64,000 bases of DNA from a virus: positions 3,004-67,003 of IMG/VR virus record IMGVR_UViG_3300031801_000798; one strand, 5' to 3'. Both the position numbers and the translations under genes were made by a program. Positions 55,634 through 64,000 of the stretch are shown here, piece by piece. The notes below the pieces were generated by a model. That model had not been told where the DNA came from, made no database searches, and saw only the letters and a program-made list of their open reading frames with translations. The first letter of the stretch is position 1. Each line of letters opens with the position of its first letter.

Positions 55634-57824
55634 CTTTACTTTCCTTTTCAATAAAATCTACATAACGTGCCAACTCTTTGATAGCTTCAGTCGGCTTGTC
55701 GAAATGACTTGAACCAAAGTTATGGCACACAGCTTTGACAAGGGGATACTTCTCCCACAATGCCTTCTCCGCTTTGTCAAAATCCTCCTTCTTGATACCG
55801 TTACTGACCCCTTCTACTCTAATCTCCGTACAGTTTACCAAGGTCAGAACTGATTTATATTCTTCACTGTCTTCTACTTGTTCTTCCTCGTGGAGCTTCA
55901 TGAAGTTCTTGAGATCATTATCTGTCTCGGTCAACTTACTGAATGCCAAGACATCATCGTAGTCCACATGATGATTACCATAGCGGAACAAGTCAGAGCG
56001 ACCCTCTCTCATTCCAATGATAACGCGATAACCTTTATTGTCAAGATAATCTTCGGCAATTTCTTCAACTTTGTCAAAGATGTTGACCCATACACCTGCC
56101 TTTTGCAGATCACGAAACTTCTTGCTGTTCATAACTGCTGTCTTAACACCATAGATTTTGTCAATGTCGATGCCAAGTTTTGCACACTTATTAGTGATGG
56201 CCTGAAAAGTGCTACAGTTTGAGGAGAAACAACTGTATTGTTTCTTCGGGTTCTTATACTTGTATCTATTGATCTCTACAAAGTAACCACCTTCCTTGAG
56301 GTCTTTAGTTACATCATTCCAGTTATCAGCAGGTTTCCAAGATGAAGTTTTACCATTCCAAACAGCAACCTTAGTCCTAGCCTCTGTATAAGAGTAAGAA
56401 CCACTACCATCTGGCTTAGGTAGGTCAGAGACAGAAAGAATATCACTATCCTTACATCCCAACCTAACCTTAAGTTGCTGGATAGCTGTATCACTACCTT
56501 TAACAAGATAGACTCTGTATTTGGTACTAGAACCTCCCCATCTGTCATGAGTGGTATTATCCTTAACAAGTTGCTTGGTTCTACCGATAGCACCTCGTTT
56601 AAGATCATCTACATAGATGGCATGATCGCCTCTAGGAGCAACGCCAGTCTTATCATCCCTCTGGACTGCTTCTTTCCACCCATCCCTGTAGTACATAACT
56701 ATAGTTAGACCTTCAATATCTCCAGTGGGAATATGATATCCCCATGAGGTACTCTCAGAAAATAGCTTCTGGTCTTGCCACTCAGCATTTTCCTTGTTGA
56801 TACTTTGTCCGATTCTACCAAACTTTTTATCGGAATCAACAATATCAACAAACTGCTTCCTAGCATCCCAAAGCGTTTCAGAGTCCTGAATTGACTGCTC
56901 AACAATATCAGAAGCCTGTTCGAGAACCTCTTGACACTTTTTGATGATAGCCTTCTGGGTGAAATCATTATAGCTGAGAGATTCACGAGAAGGAGTGATA
57001 TTAATTTCACCAATATCAAAGAACAAATCCATCTTCGACATCAATACTGGCTTGATCTCTTGAGGGTAATCACCCATAGCGTCTTGATCAATCTCGTAGC
57101 AGACCTGTCCCATGATAGCACTACAGTGCCAATTGGGTCCACTGCCATCATGAACAGCCCAGCCGCCACCTTCAAGGAGATAGTTAACTGGTTCAACTTC
57201 CACACTCTGACCAGTGATCTTGGGTTGGACTCTGAAGTAGGCGTAAAGTTCTCCAGCCTCCGAAGAAAACCTGTCGAAGTCATTATCATGAGTATGAGAT
57301 GCGACAGGGAAGCTAACCCTCAAACCGTTAGGTTCACTGGTATACTTTTCATGGAGCAAAGCAAATACCGGCTCCTCTTGCTCATTCTTATAAGCGCTGT
57401 AGGTACGATGCATGCCATTAAAGAAAGATTCAACGGTAAAGCTGTCGTTATAAGCAAATGGAGACTTACTACCAAGACCCATACATCCGACAGACTTATT
57501 ACTGTTAGTCCGGTTGGACCGAAAATAGGTGGTATACAGGTTCATGCAGTCTTCATGCGAAAGACCTGTACCAAAGTCTCGAATGGAGAAGTGTGGTTCC
57601 ATAGAATTAGGCAAGTGAACATCAAAGGGGACATCGGGCTTGCCAGCATCAATGTGAGAGTCGTAAGCATTTGTACTAAGCTCACGAACAACCGCCCTAA
57701 TCTTGTTTGCATACAAGCCATCAGAAAGAATAGAGAAGGCTTTTGCTGTAGCCTCAATAGTGTAGTTCGATTCCTCGAACTTCTGTGACCTTTCAATTAC
57801 GTTTGCGGTACTCTGCAATTTCAT
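55623..57824 (-). CDS. rIIA: rIIA-like protein (GHKL ATPase N-terminus)
   Basis: LY.NK.RAVVRELSTNAYDS, IRDFGTG, GCMGLGSKSPFAY, TPSRESLSY; upstream of rIIB. Confidence 0.88.
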   Translation of the reverse strand: MKLQSTANVIERSQKFEESNYTIEATAKAFSILSDGLYANKIRAVVRELSTNAYDSHIDAGKPDVPFDVHLPNSMEPHFSIRDFGTGLSHEDCMNLYTTYFRSNRTNSNKSVGCMGLGSKSPFAYNDSFTVESFFNGMHRTYSAYKNEQEEPVFALLHEKYTSEPNGLRVSFPVASHTHDNDFDRFSSEAGELYAYFRVQPKITGQSVEVEPVNYLLEGGGWAVHDGSGPNWHCSAIMGQVCYEIDQDAMGDYPQEIKPVLMSKMDLFFDIGEINITPSRESLSYNDFTQKAIIKKCQEVLEQASDIVEQSIQDSETLWDARKQFVDIVDSDKKFGRIGQSINKENAEWQDQKLFSESTSWGYHIPTGDIEGLTIVMYYRDGWKEAVQRDDKTGVAPRGDHAIYVDDLKRGAIGRTKQLVKDNTTHDRWGGSSTKYRVYLVKGSDTAIQQLKVRLGCKDSDILSVSDLPKPDGSGSYSYTEARTKVAVWNGKTSSWKPADNWNDVTKDLKEGGYFVEINRYKYKNPKKQYSCFSSNCSTFQAITNKCAKLGIDIDKIYGVKTAVMNSKKFRDLQKAGVWVNIFDKVEEIAEDYLDNKGYRVIIGMREGRSDLFRYGNHHVDYDDVLAFSKLTETDNDLKNFMKLHEEEQVEDSEEYKSVLTLVNCTEIRVEGVSNGIKKEDFDKAEKALWEKYPLVKAVCHNFGSSHFDKPTEAIKELARYVDFIEKESKDEN

Positions 57825-57869
57825 TTTAGCAACCCTCATTCAAAAACGTTTTCCAATCAATCTACTCCA

Positions 57870-57897
57870 ATTCTAGCACGTTTTCAAAGATAGTCAA
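57870..57897 (-). promoter_or_regulatory. sigma70-type promoter with extended -10 upstream of rIIA
   Basis: TTGACT-16 nt-TAGAAT with TGn immediately before the -10. Confidence 0.65.
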
Positions 57898-58385
57898 GCA
57901 GAAACTTGTCTGATCGGCCTATTTTTTAGAAAGTTTTTAACCGGCCTAACTCCATAGTGTCCGAGGAAACCGCCAATTCTTGGCATATTAAGCGAAGTTC
58001 GGATGTAGTTTTCCAGTCTGGTTAACGGGCATATCTCCCTAGTGAATGTTACGGATAGTATAAAGCTGTTGAGAGGCATCCATACCAATAGAGGATACAG
58101 GAATGGTAGAACAAAAAAGGCGACAATATTTACAGTGATGACAAAGGTATGGAAAGCTATTAACGAATAAAGACACGACTTCTTAAAAAGGTCTTTTTTT
58201 CTACTTCCAGTTCTATCTTTATAAAGTTCCTTCAACATCTCAAGGCTAACTTTTAACGAGTCATTGTCCGTACCCTGACCAACTTCATGCTCCAGCCTTG
58301 CGGTAAGTTCTCTGGCGTCATCTGCATCCAGAAAATCATCCATTATTTCCATAATGCTGTTGGCTTCTTCGACGCTTGTAGGCAT
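57894..58385 (-). CDS. membrane protein with DUF2784-like C-terminus
   Basis: two TM segments then CPLTRLEN..R..GGFLGHY. Confidence 0.55.
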   Translation of the reverse strand: MPTSVEEANSIMEIMDDFLDADDARELTARLEHEVGQGTDNDSLKVSLEMLKELYKDRTGSRKKDLFKKSCLYSLIAFHTFVITVNIVAFFVLPFLYPLLVWMPLNSFILSVTFTREICPLTRLENYIRTSLNMPRIGGFLGHYGVRPVKNFLKNRPIRQVSA

Positions 58386-58414
58386 TGTGAACCTTTCTAC
58401 CTTAGTGTTTTACA

Positions 58415-59257
58415 TTACTCTGTTACTGCCCTACCCCTGAGATCCTCCCAGTCCTTCTCTGGCCTAGTCATGAGATTAGTGTTCCAAGCTCCTTCTATTG
58501 TGTTAGCTTTTATACACAGTGTTTGTGCAAGATACATTAATGCGTTTATATCTTTTGGAAAACAGCTTCCACCAAACCCATAGTGACCGTCAGGACCGGG
58601 AACAGCCCAGTGTGTTTTTCCTAGACGGTCATCGTGCAAGGCATATTCAGTTACCTTGTCATAGTCTACGTCTAGATTTTTGCATATAGCGTATATTTCA
58701 TTGGCGAATGAAACTTTAACCGCAAGAAATGAATTGGTAAGATACTTAACCATTTCCGCTACGGTAGAATCTGTTTTTATAATATGAGCATTTGGAAATA
58801 TCTTTGAGTAAAATTGTTTCAGTCTTGTTGTTGCTGGTCTAGGGCCACCTAAGATAACTCGGTTAGTACTGCGGAAGTCTTCTTCGGCATTTCTCTCAAG
58901 TAGAAACTCTGGGTTAAAAACTATTTGAGAATCTTGGCACAAGTCTTGCAAGACTTTAGTTGTATTGGGTGGGACGGTAGATTTGATGGCGATTATATTT
59001 CTTCTTCCTGTGCTACAGGCTTCCTGAACAACCTTTTTGACTATTGATACATCACAAGACCCATCTTTTCGCATTGGGGTTGGGACACAGACAAAAAGCA
59101 AATCACAATCCCTAGATAGCTCAGACACGCTTTTATGAGTGGATAAATCCGCGAACATTTTATCGTAGGTATACACCTTATAATGTTGAGCAAAGGCGCG
59201 TTTAAGTGCGTTTCCCACAAATCCTTGACCAATTATACCCACGGTTTGAATGTTCAT
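58415..59257 (-). CDS. ugd: UDP-glucose/GDP-mannose dehydrogenase family, lacking the C-terminal domain
   Basis: GQGFVG, CVPTP, KSTVPP, NPEFL, AEMVKY, GFGGSCFPKD. Confidence 0.88.
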   Translation of the reverse strand: MNIQTVGIIGQGFVGNALKRAFAQHYKVYTYDKMFADLSTHKSVSELSRDCDLLFVCVPTPMRKDGSCDVSIVKKVVQEACSTGRRNIIAIKSTVPPNTTKVLQDLCQDSQIVFNPEFLLERNAEEDFRSTNRVILGGPRPATTRLKQFYSKIFPNAHIIKTDSTVAEMVKYLTNSFLAVKVSFANEIYAICKNLDVDYDKVTEYALHDDRLGKTHWAVPGPDGHYGFGGSCFPKDINALMYLAQTLCIKANTIEGAWNTNLMTRPEKDWEDLRGRAVTE

Positions 59258-60462
59258 AGATTTTCAATAGCCTCGCGGATAAAAGAATAGGCGTTGTCCG
59301 CATCCTGAACGGAGAAAGTTAGAGGAGGTCTAAGTCTTATAGATTTTTTCCCACACTTTAAAGCAAGCATATTTTTCGAGAGTAAAGACATAGCAAGATC
59401 TCTTACGTATTCTTCAGAGAAATCAAACGCTATCATCAACCCCCTTCCACGAACATTGTCTAAAACTGGAAGTGATCTCAAGTCCCAAAGTAAGTGTTTT
59501 CCAACTTTTTGAACATTATTCAGTAGATTATATTTCTGAATAGCATCAATTATGCACCTCGATCTAACCATGTCCACAATATTGCCACCCCAAGTAGAAT
59601 TAATCCTGCCGCTATTATGGAACACATTATCTTTCACCTCATCTATTCTTTCTGTAGAACAAAAACCGCAAACCTGAGACTTCTTCCCAAAACACATCAT
59701 GTCTGGAATAACACCGAAATGTTCATAAGCCCACATTTTCCCGGTTAATCCCATTCCTGTTTGAACTTCGTCAAATATAAGAAGACAATCATTTTCGTCA
59801 GCTATACGTCTCAAGTTCGTGAAAAACTCTGGCGGAAAATGGTTGTCTCCACCTTCACCCTGTATAGGTTCTATAATTATAGCCGCGACCTCTTTATGTA
59901 TTCGACTTTCAATATCTTCCCAGTTAGGTTCTACAGTAGTCCACTTAAACTTTGGGAATAAAGCGGTCTTCTCTGGGGTTGTGTTGGTAAGGGAAAGAGT
60001 ATACCCAGTTCTGCCGTGAAAGGCATTCTTCAAATGAAACACATCTAGGTTGTTAATATCAACTGCATGACTGTATCCCAGTTTTTTAGCCTTCCAGTCG
60101 AAGGCTGCTTTTAGAGCATTTTCTACGCCCAAAGCTCCTCCATCTATGAAGAAGTAATATTTAAAGTCCGGTGTGATCTCAGAGAACTTTTCCACAAAAC
60201 TAACATATTCCTCAGAATACATATCGCTGTTAGCTAGTTTAACCCTGCCTGCACTGCCTATCTCGTTTTGAGCTTTCATCAATGCCGGATGTTTCCAGCC
60301 TAATGGCTGGCTTGCAAACTGAGAGTAACAGTCCAGATATTCCTTGCCCGTTTCAAGATCTACTATCCAAGATCCATGACTCTTGCTAGTATCAACCACC
60401 ACATGAAATCCATCGGTTAAGATGTGCTGTGACAATCTATCTACAATTTTAGAGTTAGACAT
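59254..60462 (-). CDS. lat: L-lysine 6-transaminase-like class III aminotransferase
   Basis: NSDMY, GALGVENALKAAFDWK, AFHGRTGYTLSLTNT, EPIQGEGGD, DEVQTG, GKKSQVCG, RINSTWGGN. Confidence 0.88.
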   Translation of the reverse strand: MSNSKIVDRLSQHILTDGFHVVVDTSKSHGSWIVDLETGKEYLDCYSQFASQPLGWKHPALMKAQNEIGSAGRVKLANSDMYSEEYVSFVEKFSEITPDFKYYFFIDGGALGVENALKAAFDWKAKKLGYSHAVDINNLDVFHLKNAFHGRTGYTLSLTNTTPEKTALFPKFKWTTVEPNWEDIESRIHKEVAAIIIEPIQGEGGDNHFPPEFFTNLRRIADENDCLLIFDEVQTGMGLTGKMWAYEHFGVIPDMMCFGKKSQVCGFCSTERIDEVKDNVFHNSGRINSTWGGNIVDMVRSRCIIDAIQKYNLLNNVQKVGKHLLWDLRSLPVLDNVRGRGLMIAFDFSEEYVRDLAMSLLSKNMLALKCGKKSIRLRPPLTFSVQDADNAYSFIREAIENL

Positions 60463-61247
60463 TTAACTGCTCCTCCAGCCTTCATAAATTCTGACATATC
60501 ACAACATTTAACATCGTGCTGCTCTCCAAACAAATCATACCCATCTGCTGACGGCGTTACTATATTGTTGTCAATCTCTATGCTGTTACATATAAATTGT
60601 TCAGCATAAAAATCTTCTACATTCAATATGTCTAAGTGTTTTTGACTGAATAGGTGTTGTTCAAGAACCGTTTTTAACATTCTATCGGCAGACTTCTCAG
60701 AGAAAGCCTTACGGTAATAGATAAGTCTTTCATCCATAGGGAAGAAACAAGTATCTAAATGATAAAAACGAGGGTCTACTAATTCACAGGAGACATAATC
60801 AACATTAAATATACCGGCAATTATTTTGTGGGACTCCTTGCTCGTCCTAAATCCATAACCCATAAATAATACGTTGTTGAAAAATATAGCGTCTGCCGCC
60901 CCCTCAAAGTAAACTTCTTTGGGAAGTTCAATTACCCTGTACCCATTGTCTAAAAACCATCTCTTAAAGAGAGGAGTTTCTCCTTGTCTTTCTTTGTGTC
61001 GGTTATTGGACAATATAACTGTTTTATCTTTGATAAAACCAGCATTGGCTGTAAATACCATGTCGGGAAACTTGGGGTCTGGTTCTATATAAGAAAGGTA
61101 TGCCCCACCCCTGATAAACCTGTCACACATTCTCAACCACTGTAGCTTTGACAGTTTTTTATCCACAGAAGAATTCACGTCCATCCAAGCGTTGATCTCA
61201 TACTCAACACCAAAAAAAGTGGGCGGGCAAACGAGGATGTTGGTCAT
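60441..61247 (-). CDS. guanidino-group modifying enzyme (ArgZ-type arginine dihydrolase/DDAH family)
   Basis: CPP..F.V.YEINAWM, PDMVFTANAG, FEGAAD, YHLDTCF, KAGGAVKCLTL. Confidence 0.85.
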   Translation of the reverse strand: MTNILVCPPTFFGVEYEINAWMDVNSSVDKKLSKLQWLRMCDRFIRGGAYLSYIEPDPKFPDMVFTANAGFIKDKTVILSNNRHKERQGETPLFKRWFLDNGYRVIELPKEVYFEGAADAIFFNNVLFMGYGFRTSKESHKIIAGIFNVDYVSCELVDPRFYHLDTCFFPMDERLIYYRKAFSEKSADRMLKTVLEQHLFSQKHLDILNVEDFYAEQFICNSIEIDNNIVTPSADGYDLFGEQHDVKCCDMSEFMKAGGAVKCLTLKL

Positions 61248-61309
61248 AGTTTCCAAAATCCTTTTGGCTGCTCTAGTGACTTATCCTCACAGTAATCTAC
61301 TAGGGGCAT
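61244..61309 (-). CDS. 21-aa bridging mini-ORF
   Basis: MPLVDYCEDKSLEQPKGFWKL; TAATG overlap upstream and ATGA overlap downstream. Confidence 0.35.
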   Translation of the reverse strand: MPLVDYCEDKSLEQPKGFWKL

Positions 61310-62820
61310 TAATCGGCTCCAGTTTTCATTCCTTGTGGAAAGTTCAGTGAGTCACCATGATTTATAGTCCAAGCAACCTCGTGTGTTACCGACCTAAAAG
61401 TTCTCGCAGCACTAGGTTGTCCATTACCAGACTTCTTCACTCCACCAAATCCGAGATGGCTTTCTGCTGCGATACTACCACCATTCCAGTATCCCAATCC
61501 AAAGTCACAGCGATTACGAATTAATCTGGCAACTCTAAAGTTTTCAGTAACAACACCGAGAGCAAGGCCATAGTCGGTATCATTATAAATGTCGATAGCT
61601 TCCGTTACGGTTTTATACGGGATTATAGAAACATGAGGCCCGAATACTTCATTTTTAAGATACGGAACATCTCTCCATTCTGTTTTGTAAACAGTTGGAG
61701 ATAAAAATAGTCCGTCTGGTTCTAATTCTACTCCAGCCAATAAAACATCGGCTTCGGAATCATTAAAAACCATGCTATTAAATCCGAGAACCTTGTCATA
61801 TTGTTGTTTGTTGATAAGAGGCCCATAGAATGAATCCTCATCAAAAGGATCTCCGGTCTTCAACCCTAAACTTCTCTCAGCAAATTCGTCTGCAAATTTA
61901 TGATACAGAGATTTATGAACAATCAGGCGACCAGCGGATACACAGCGTTGACCAGAAAGTTTGTAGGCACTGGCTAAACACGCCGCCATAGCCATATCAT
62001 AATTAGCATCTTCATGAATAATTACAGCCGACTTGCTGCCCATCTCACACGAACAGGTTTTATGCCAGCTTTCTGCACAAACCTTCCTAACGTGCATTCC
62101 GACATCAGCGCTACCAGTAAAACATACGTGATCCACCGGTTGATGAATTAACATATCTCCAACTTCACCATCGCCATGCACAAGATTAAATACACCGGGG
62201 GGAAATCCAGCTTCATGATATAATTCTGCTGTAATTTGACCCACCAAGGGAGTGTCTTCACTTGGCTTTAAAATTACAGTATTGCCTTCTACAAGAGCAG
62301 GTGCGGCACACCAGAAGCCGCCAATAGCAAAAGGAAAATTAAAAGGAGCAACAATTGCGACCACACCTTTTGGCTTGCGAAGCATATAAGCGTCTTTTTC
62401 AGGTAATTCAGATGCGATTGCTTCTCCATAGGGCATTCTCCCAGTGCTAAATGCATATTGTGCCATATGCAGAGCCTCGTTTACCTCTGCAATAGATTCA
62501 TTATATACCTTCCCAGTTTCCAGTGTGATCAATCTGGCTATCTCTTCTTTTCGTTCTTCTATAAGACTGGCTAGCTTAAGGAAATATTCTGCTCGCATAA
62601 CCCTGCTATATTCTCTCCACCCATAGAAGGAATCCCTAGCAAAATGATATGCGCTTTCGACATCTGATATATCAGCTTGAGGAATCACACCGATAGGTTC
62701 TTGTGTAGCTGGATTAATGGTATAGAATACGTTTTCTGCCCCATTAGTAAAGGCTCCGCTTAGATAATGTTTGCCTACTTTTACGTCGCTTGAGAGAGTA
62801 TCATTCCACATCGTTTTCAT
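61309..62820 (-). CDS. aldehyde dehydrogenase
   Basis: PFNFP, KPSE, FTGS, EMGSK, GQRC, EVFGP, FGGVKKSG. Confidence 0.95.
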   Translation of the reverse strand: MKTMWNDTLSSDVKVGKHYLSGAFTNGAENVFYTINPATQEPIGVIPQADISDVESAYHFARDSFYGWREYSRVMRAEYFLKLASLIEERKEEIARLITLETGKVYNESIAEVNEALHMAQYAFSTGRMPYGEAIASELPEKDAYMLRKPKGVVAIVAPFNFPFAIGGFWCAAPALVEGNTVILKPSEDTPLVGQITAELYHEAGFPPGVFNLVHGDGEVGDMLIHQPVDHVCFTGSADVGMHVRKVCAESWHKTCSCEMGSKSAVIIHEDANYDMAMAACLASAYKLSGQRCVSAGRLIVHKSLYHKFADEFAERSLGLKTGDPFDEDSFYGPLINKQQYDKVLGFNSMVFNDSEADVLLAGVELEPDGLFLSPTVYKTEWRDVPYLKNEVFGPHVSIIPYKTVTEAIDIYNDTDYGLALGVVTENFRVARLIRNRCDFGLGYWNGGSIAAESHLGFGGVKKSGNGQPSAARTFRSVTHEVAWTINHGDSLNFPQGMKTGAD

Positions 62821-63320
62821 TTTAATCCTTTTGTACTGTTCATTAGTCCCTTAACTGATTTTTCACAAAATCCCTTAGATCCACGTTCAATCAGTTCTAT
62901 AATTATACCACCTAGATAGTCCAAAGGCTTAGTGAAAATTTGTCGGAGGTTGTCGTCTGGACAGTCTATTACATCGTCTGTAAGAAACTCGACAATGCCT
63001 TGTTTTTTCCACTCATTGACAACAACGTCTACATCTCTTACCTTGTAAGCTATGTGATGTATACCACCAATACCACTCCTTGACTCAACCCAGTCTCCTA
63101 CAATAGAACCGGGACTCCCATCCGAAATGAATATTTCCGGTCCTTCTCGCACTAAAATAGCTGGATTAATTGGCGGCACAAGAACATAGCACTCGGCCTT
63201 AGAGCCGTCATCAAACTCTACATCAAATTCGGTTCCGATGTCGTAGTTAAACATAAGGCGAAAAAACTTAGCTGCCTCATGTCTATCCTTTACACGATAG
63301 GCGATATGATCTAGTTTCAC
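62817..63320 (-). CDS. VOC-fold protein resembling the HPPD C-terminal domain
   Basis: LDHIAYRV, GIHHIAY, LRQIFT, IELIER (His-His-Glu triad). Confidence 0.78.
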   Translation of the reverse strand: MKLDHIAYRVKDRHEAAKFFRLMFNYDIGTEFDVEFDDGSKAECYVLVPPINPAILVREGPEIFISDGSPGSIVGDWVESRSGIGGIHHIAYKVRDVDVVVNEWKKQGIVEFLTDDVIDCPDDNLRQIFTKPLDYLGGIIIELIERGSKGFCEKSVKGLMNSTKGLK

Positions 63321-63733
63321 GATACAATCTTTCTTCCGTATCTATCTCTGCCTGTAAGGTCATCTATTTCTTTCCAGACATCTCCCCATCCATCTTCACT
63401 ATCACCGTTGACTCTCGCTGCTTTATCGTCTATGTAGAGAACTCCAGCAATCTTGCCCATGAAAGCGTGGTGATATTTAACCCCATGTTTTTCTAACCAA
63501 TCGGTCCACTCTCTGTAACCTCTTTCGTATTGTCTGTTAATATTACCCTTTTCCCTGTCGCCATATCTCGCTGTATATAATACGATTTCATATCCCATAT
63601 CATACAGCTTGTTTACTTGGTCAATGCCGTGCTGTAATGGGCCAGCATTCGCATATATGCCACCGTGATCTTTATCCGCTATAACTCCATCACAGTCTAC
63701 TATTAATCTCTTGTCGCTTCCACCCATCCCCAT
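63317..63733 (-). CDS. small HAD-like (capsule biosynthesis-type) phosphatase
   Basis: VDCDGVI, YTARYG, GK, YIDDKA. Confidence 0.78.
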   Translation of the reverse strand: MGMGGSDKRLIVDCDGVIADKDHGGIYANAGPLQHGIDQVNKLYDMGYEIVLYTARYGDREKGNINRQYERGYREWTDWLEKHGVKYHHAFMGKIAGVLYIDDKAARVNGDSEDGWGDVWKEIDDLTGRDRYGRKIVS

Positions 63734-63810
63734 GCTGTTTTTCTCCTATTAACCGGACAGACTGTTACACAGAATAATAACCAAAGCGATGAAAAAAAAC
63801 AACCAAATAA

Positions 63811-63884
63811 TACCCTCGGCAGGATTCGAACCTGCAATCTACAGATTAGAAGTCTGTTGCATTATCCAGTTATGCTACGAGGGC
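63811..63884 (-). tRNA. tRNA-Arg(UCU)
   Basis: GCCCTCG acceptor stem, ACAGA-CT-TCT-AA-TCTGT anticodon arm, GGTTCGAATCC T-arm; CCA not encoded. Confidence 0.95.
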
Positions 63885-64000
63885 GCAAACATAAAACCAA
63901 AGACTTTGAGAAAAATTAAAACTCCAGTCATGGCGGCAATAAGAGAAAATATAGTTCGCATCATAGCCATTTTATGATATCGAACAATTTCACCCCTCAG
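63875..64000 (-). CDS. partial hydrophobic ORF running off the window end
   Basis: open frame ..MAMMRTIFSLIAAMTGVLIFLKVFGFMFAPS with the stop inside the tRNA 5' end. Confidence 0.35.
   Translation of the reverse strand: MRGEIVRYHKMAMMRTIFSLIAAMTGVLIFLKVFGFMFAPS

Noticed and set aside
56931-57788. 285-aa plus-strand ORF (also 54500..55156)
   Set aside because: Antisense shadows of rIIA and rIIB with no recognisable motifs; explained by codon bias.
58415-59257. ugd as a pseudogene because the C-terminal domain is missing
   Set aside because: Catalytic motifs are intact with no frameshift remnant downstream; treated as a short form.
63789-63977. 62-aa plus-strand ORF
   Set aside because: Antisense translation of the tRNA-Arg.
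1-64000. Alternative genetic code (stop-codon reassignment)
   Set aside because: Code 11 gives full-length, tightly packed genes, and TAA, TAG and TGA all end genes at homologous C-termini.
1-64000. CRISPR array, IS element or long tandem repeat
   Set aside because: None seen by eye and intergenic gaps are too short; a repeat finder would be needed to exclude short dispersed repeats.
1-64000. Cellular (CPR or other bacterial) chromosome origin
   Set aside because: rIIA/rIIB, the T4-type dNMP kinase, single-strand gene packing and many orphans, with no ribosomal or other core operons, favour a phage, although no capsid or terminase gene is in the window.

Overview
This is an AT-rich, densely coding 64-kb segment with essentially every gene on the minus strand and most genes abutting or overlapping. 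It reads as part of a large (jumbo-type) dsDNA bacteriophage genome rather than a cellular chromosome, based on rIIA/rIIB-like genes, a T4 gp1-type dNMP kinase, PhoH, class II RNR, a self-contained replisome, two short sigma factors and many orphan ORFs, with no cellular housekeeping operons. A DUF1501 gene suggests a Planctomycetota host (inference). In transcription order (right to left) the window holds: tRNA-Arg(UCU); a four-gene amino-acid catabolic cassette (VOC/HPPD-like protein, aldehyde dehydrogenase, ArgZ-like guanidino dihydrolase, Lat-type aminotransferase) followed by ugd; an rIIA-x-rIIB operon with a sigma70-type promoter; DUF1501 and IscA; a second glycan cluster (GT47-like, GT4, sulfotransferase); sigma factor 2; an exported protease/amidase module; fcl; nucleotide-metabolism genes; recA, dnaB, dnaG; a DnaE split into two intein-less genes flanking a DEDDh exonuclease; ssb; sigma factor 1; and a ~16-kb cluster of 16 glycan-related genes. 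All product calls come from motif recognition by eye; no database search was run. No CRISPR array, rRNA, transposase or major capsid/terminase gene was recognised.
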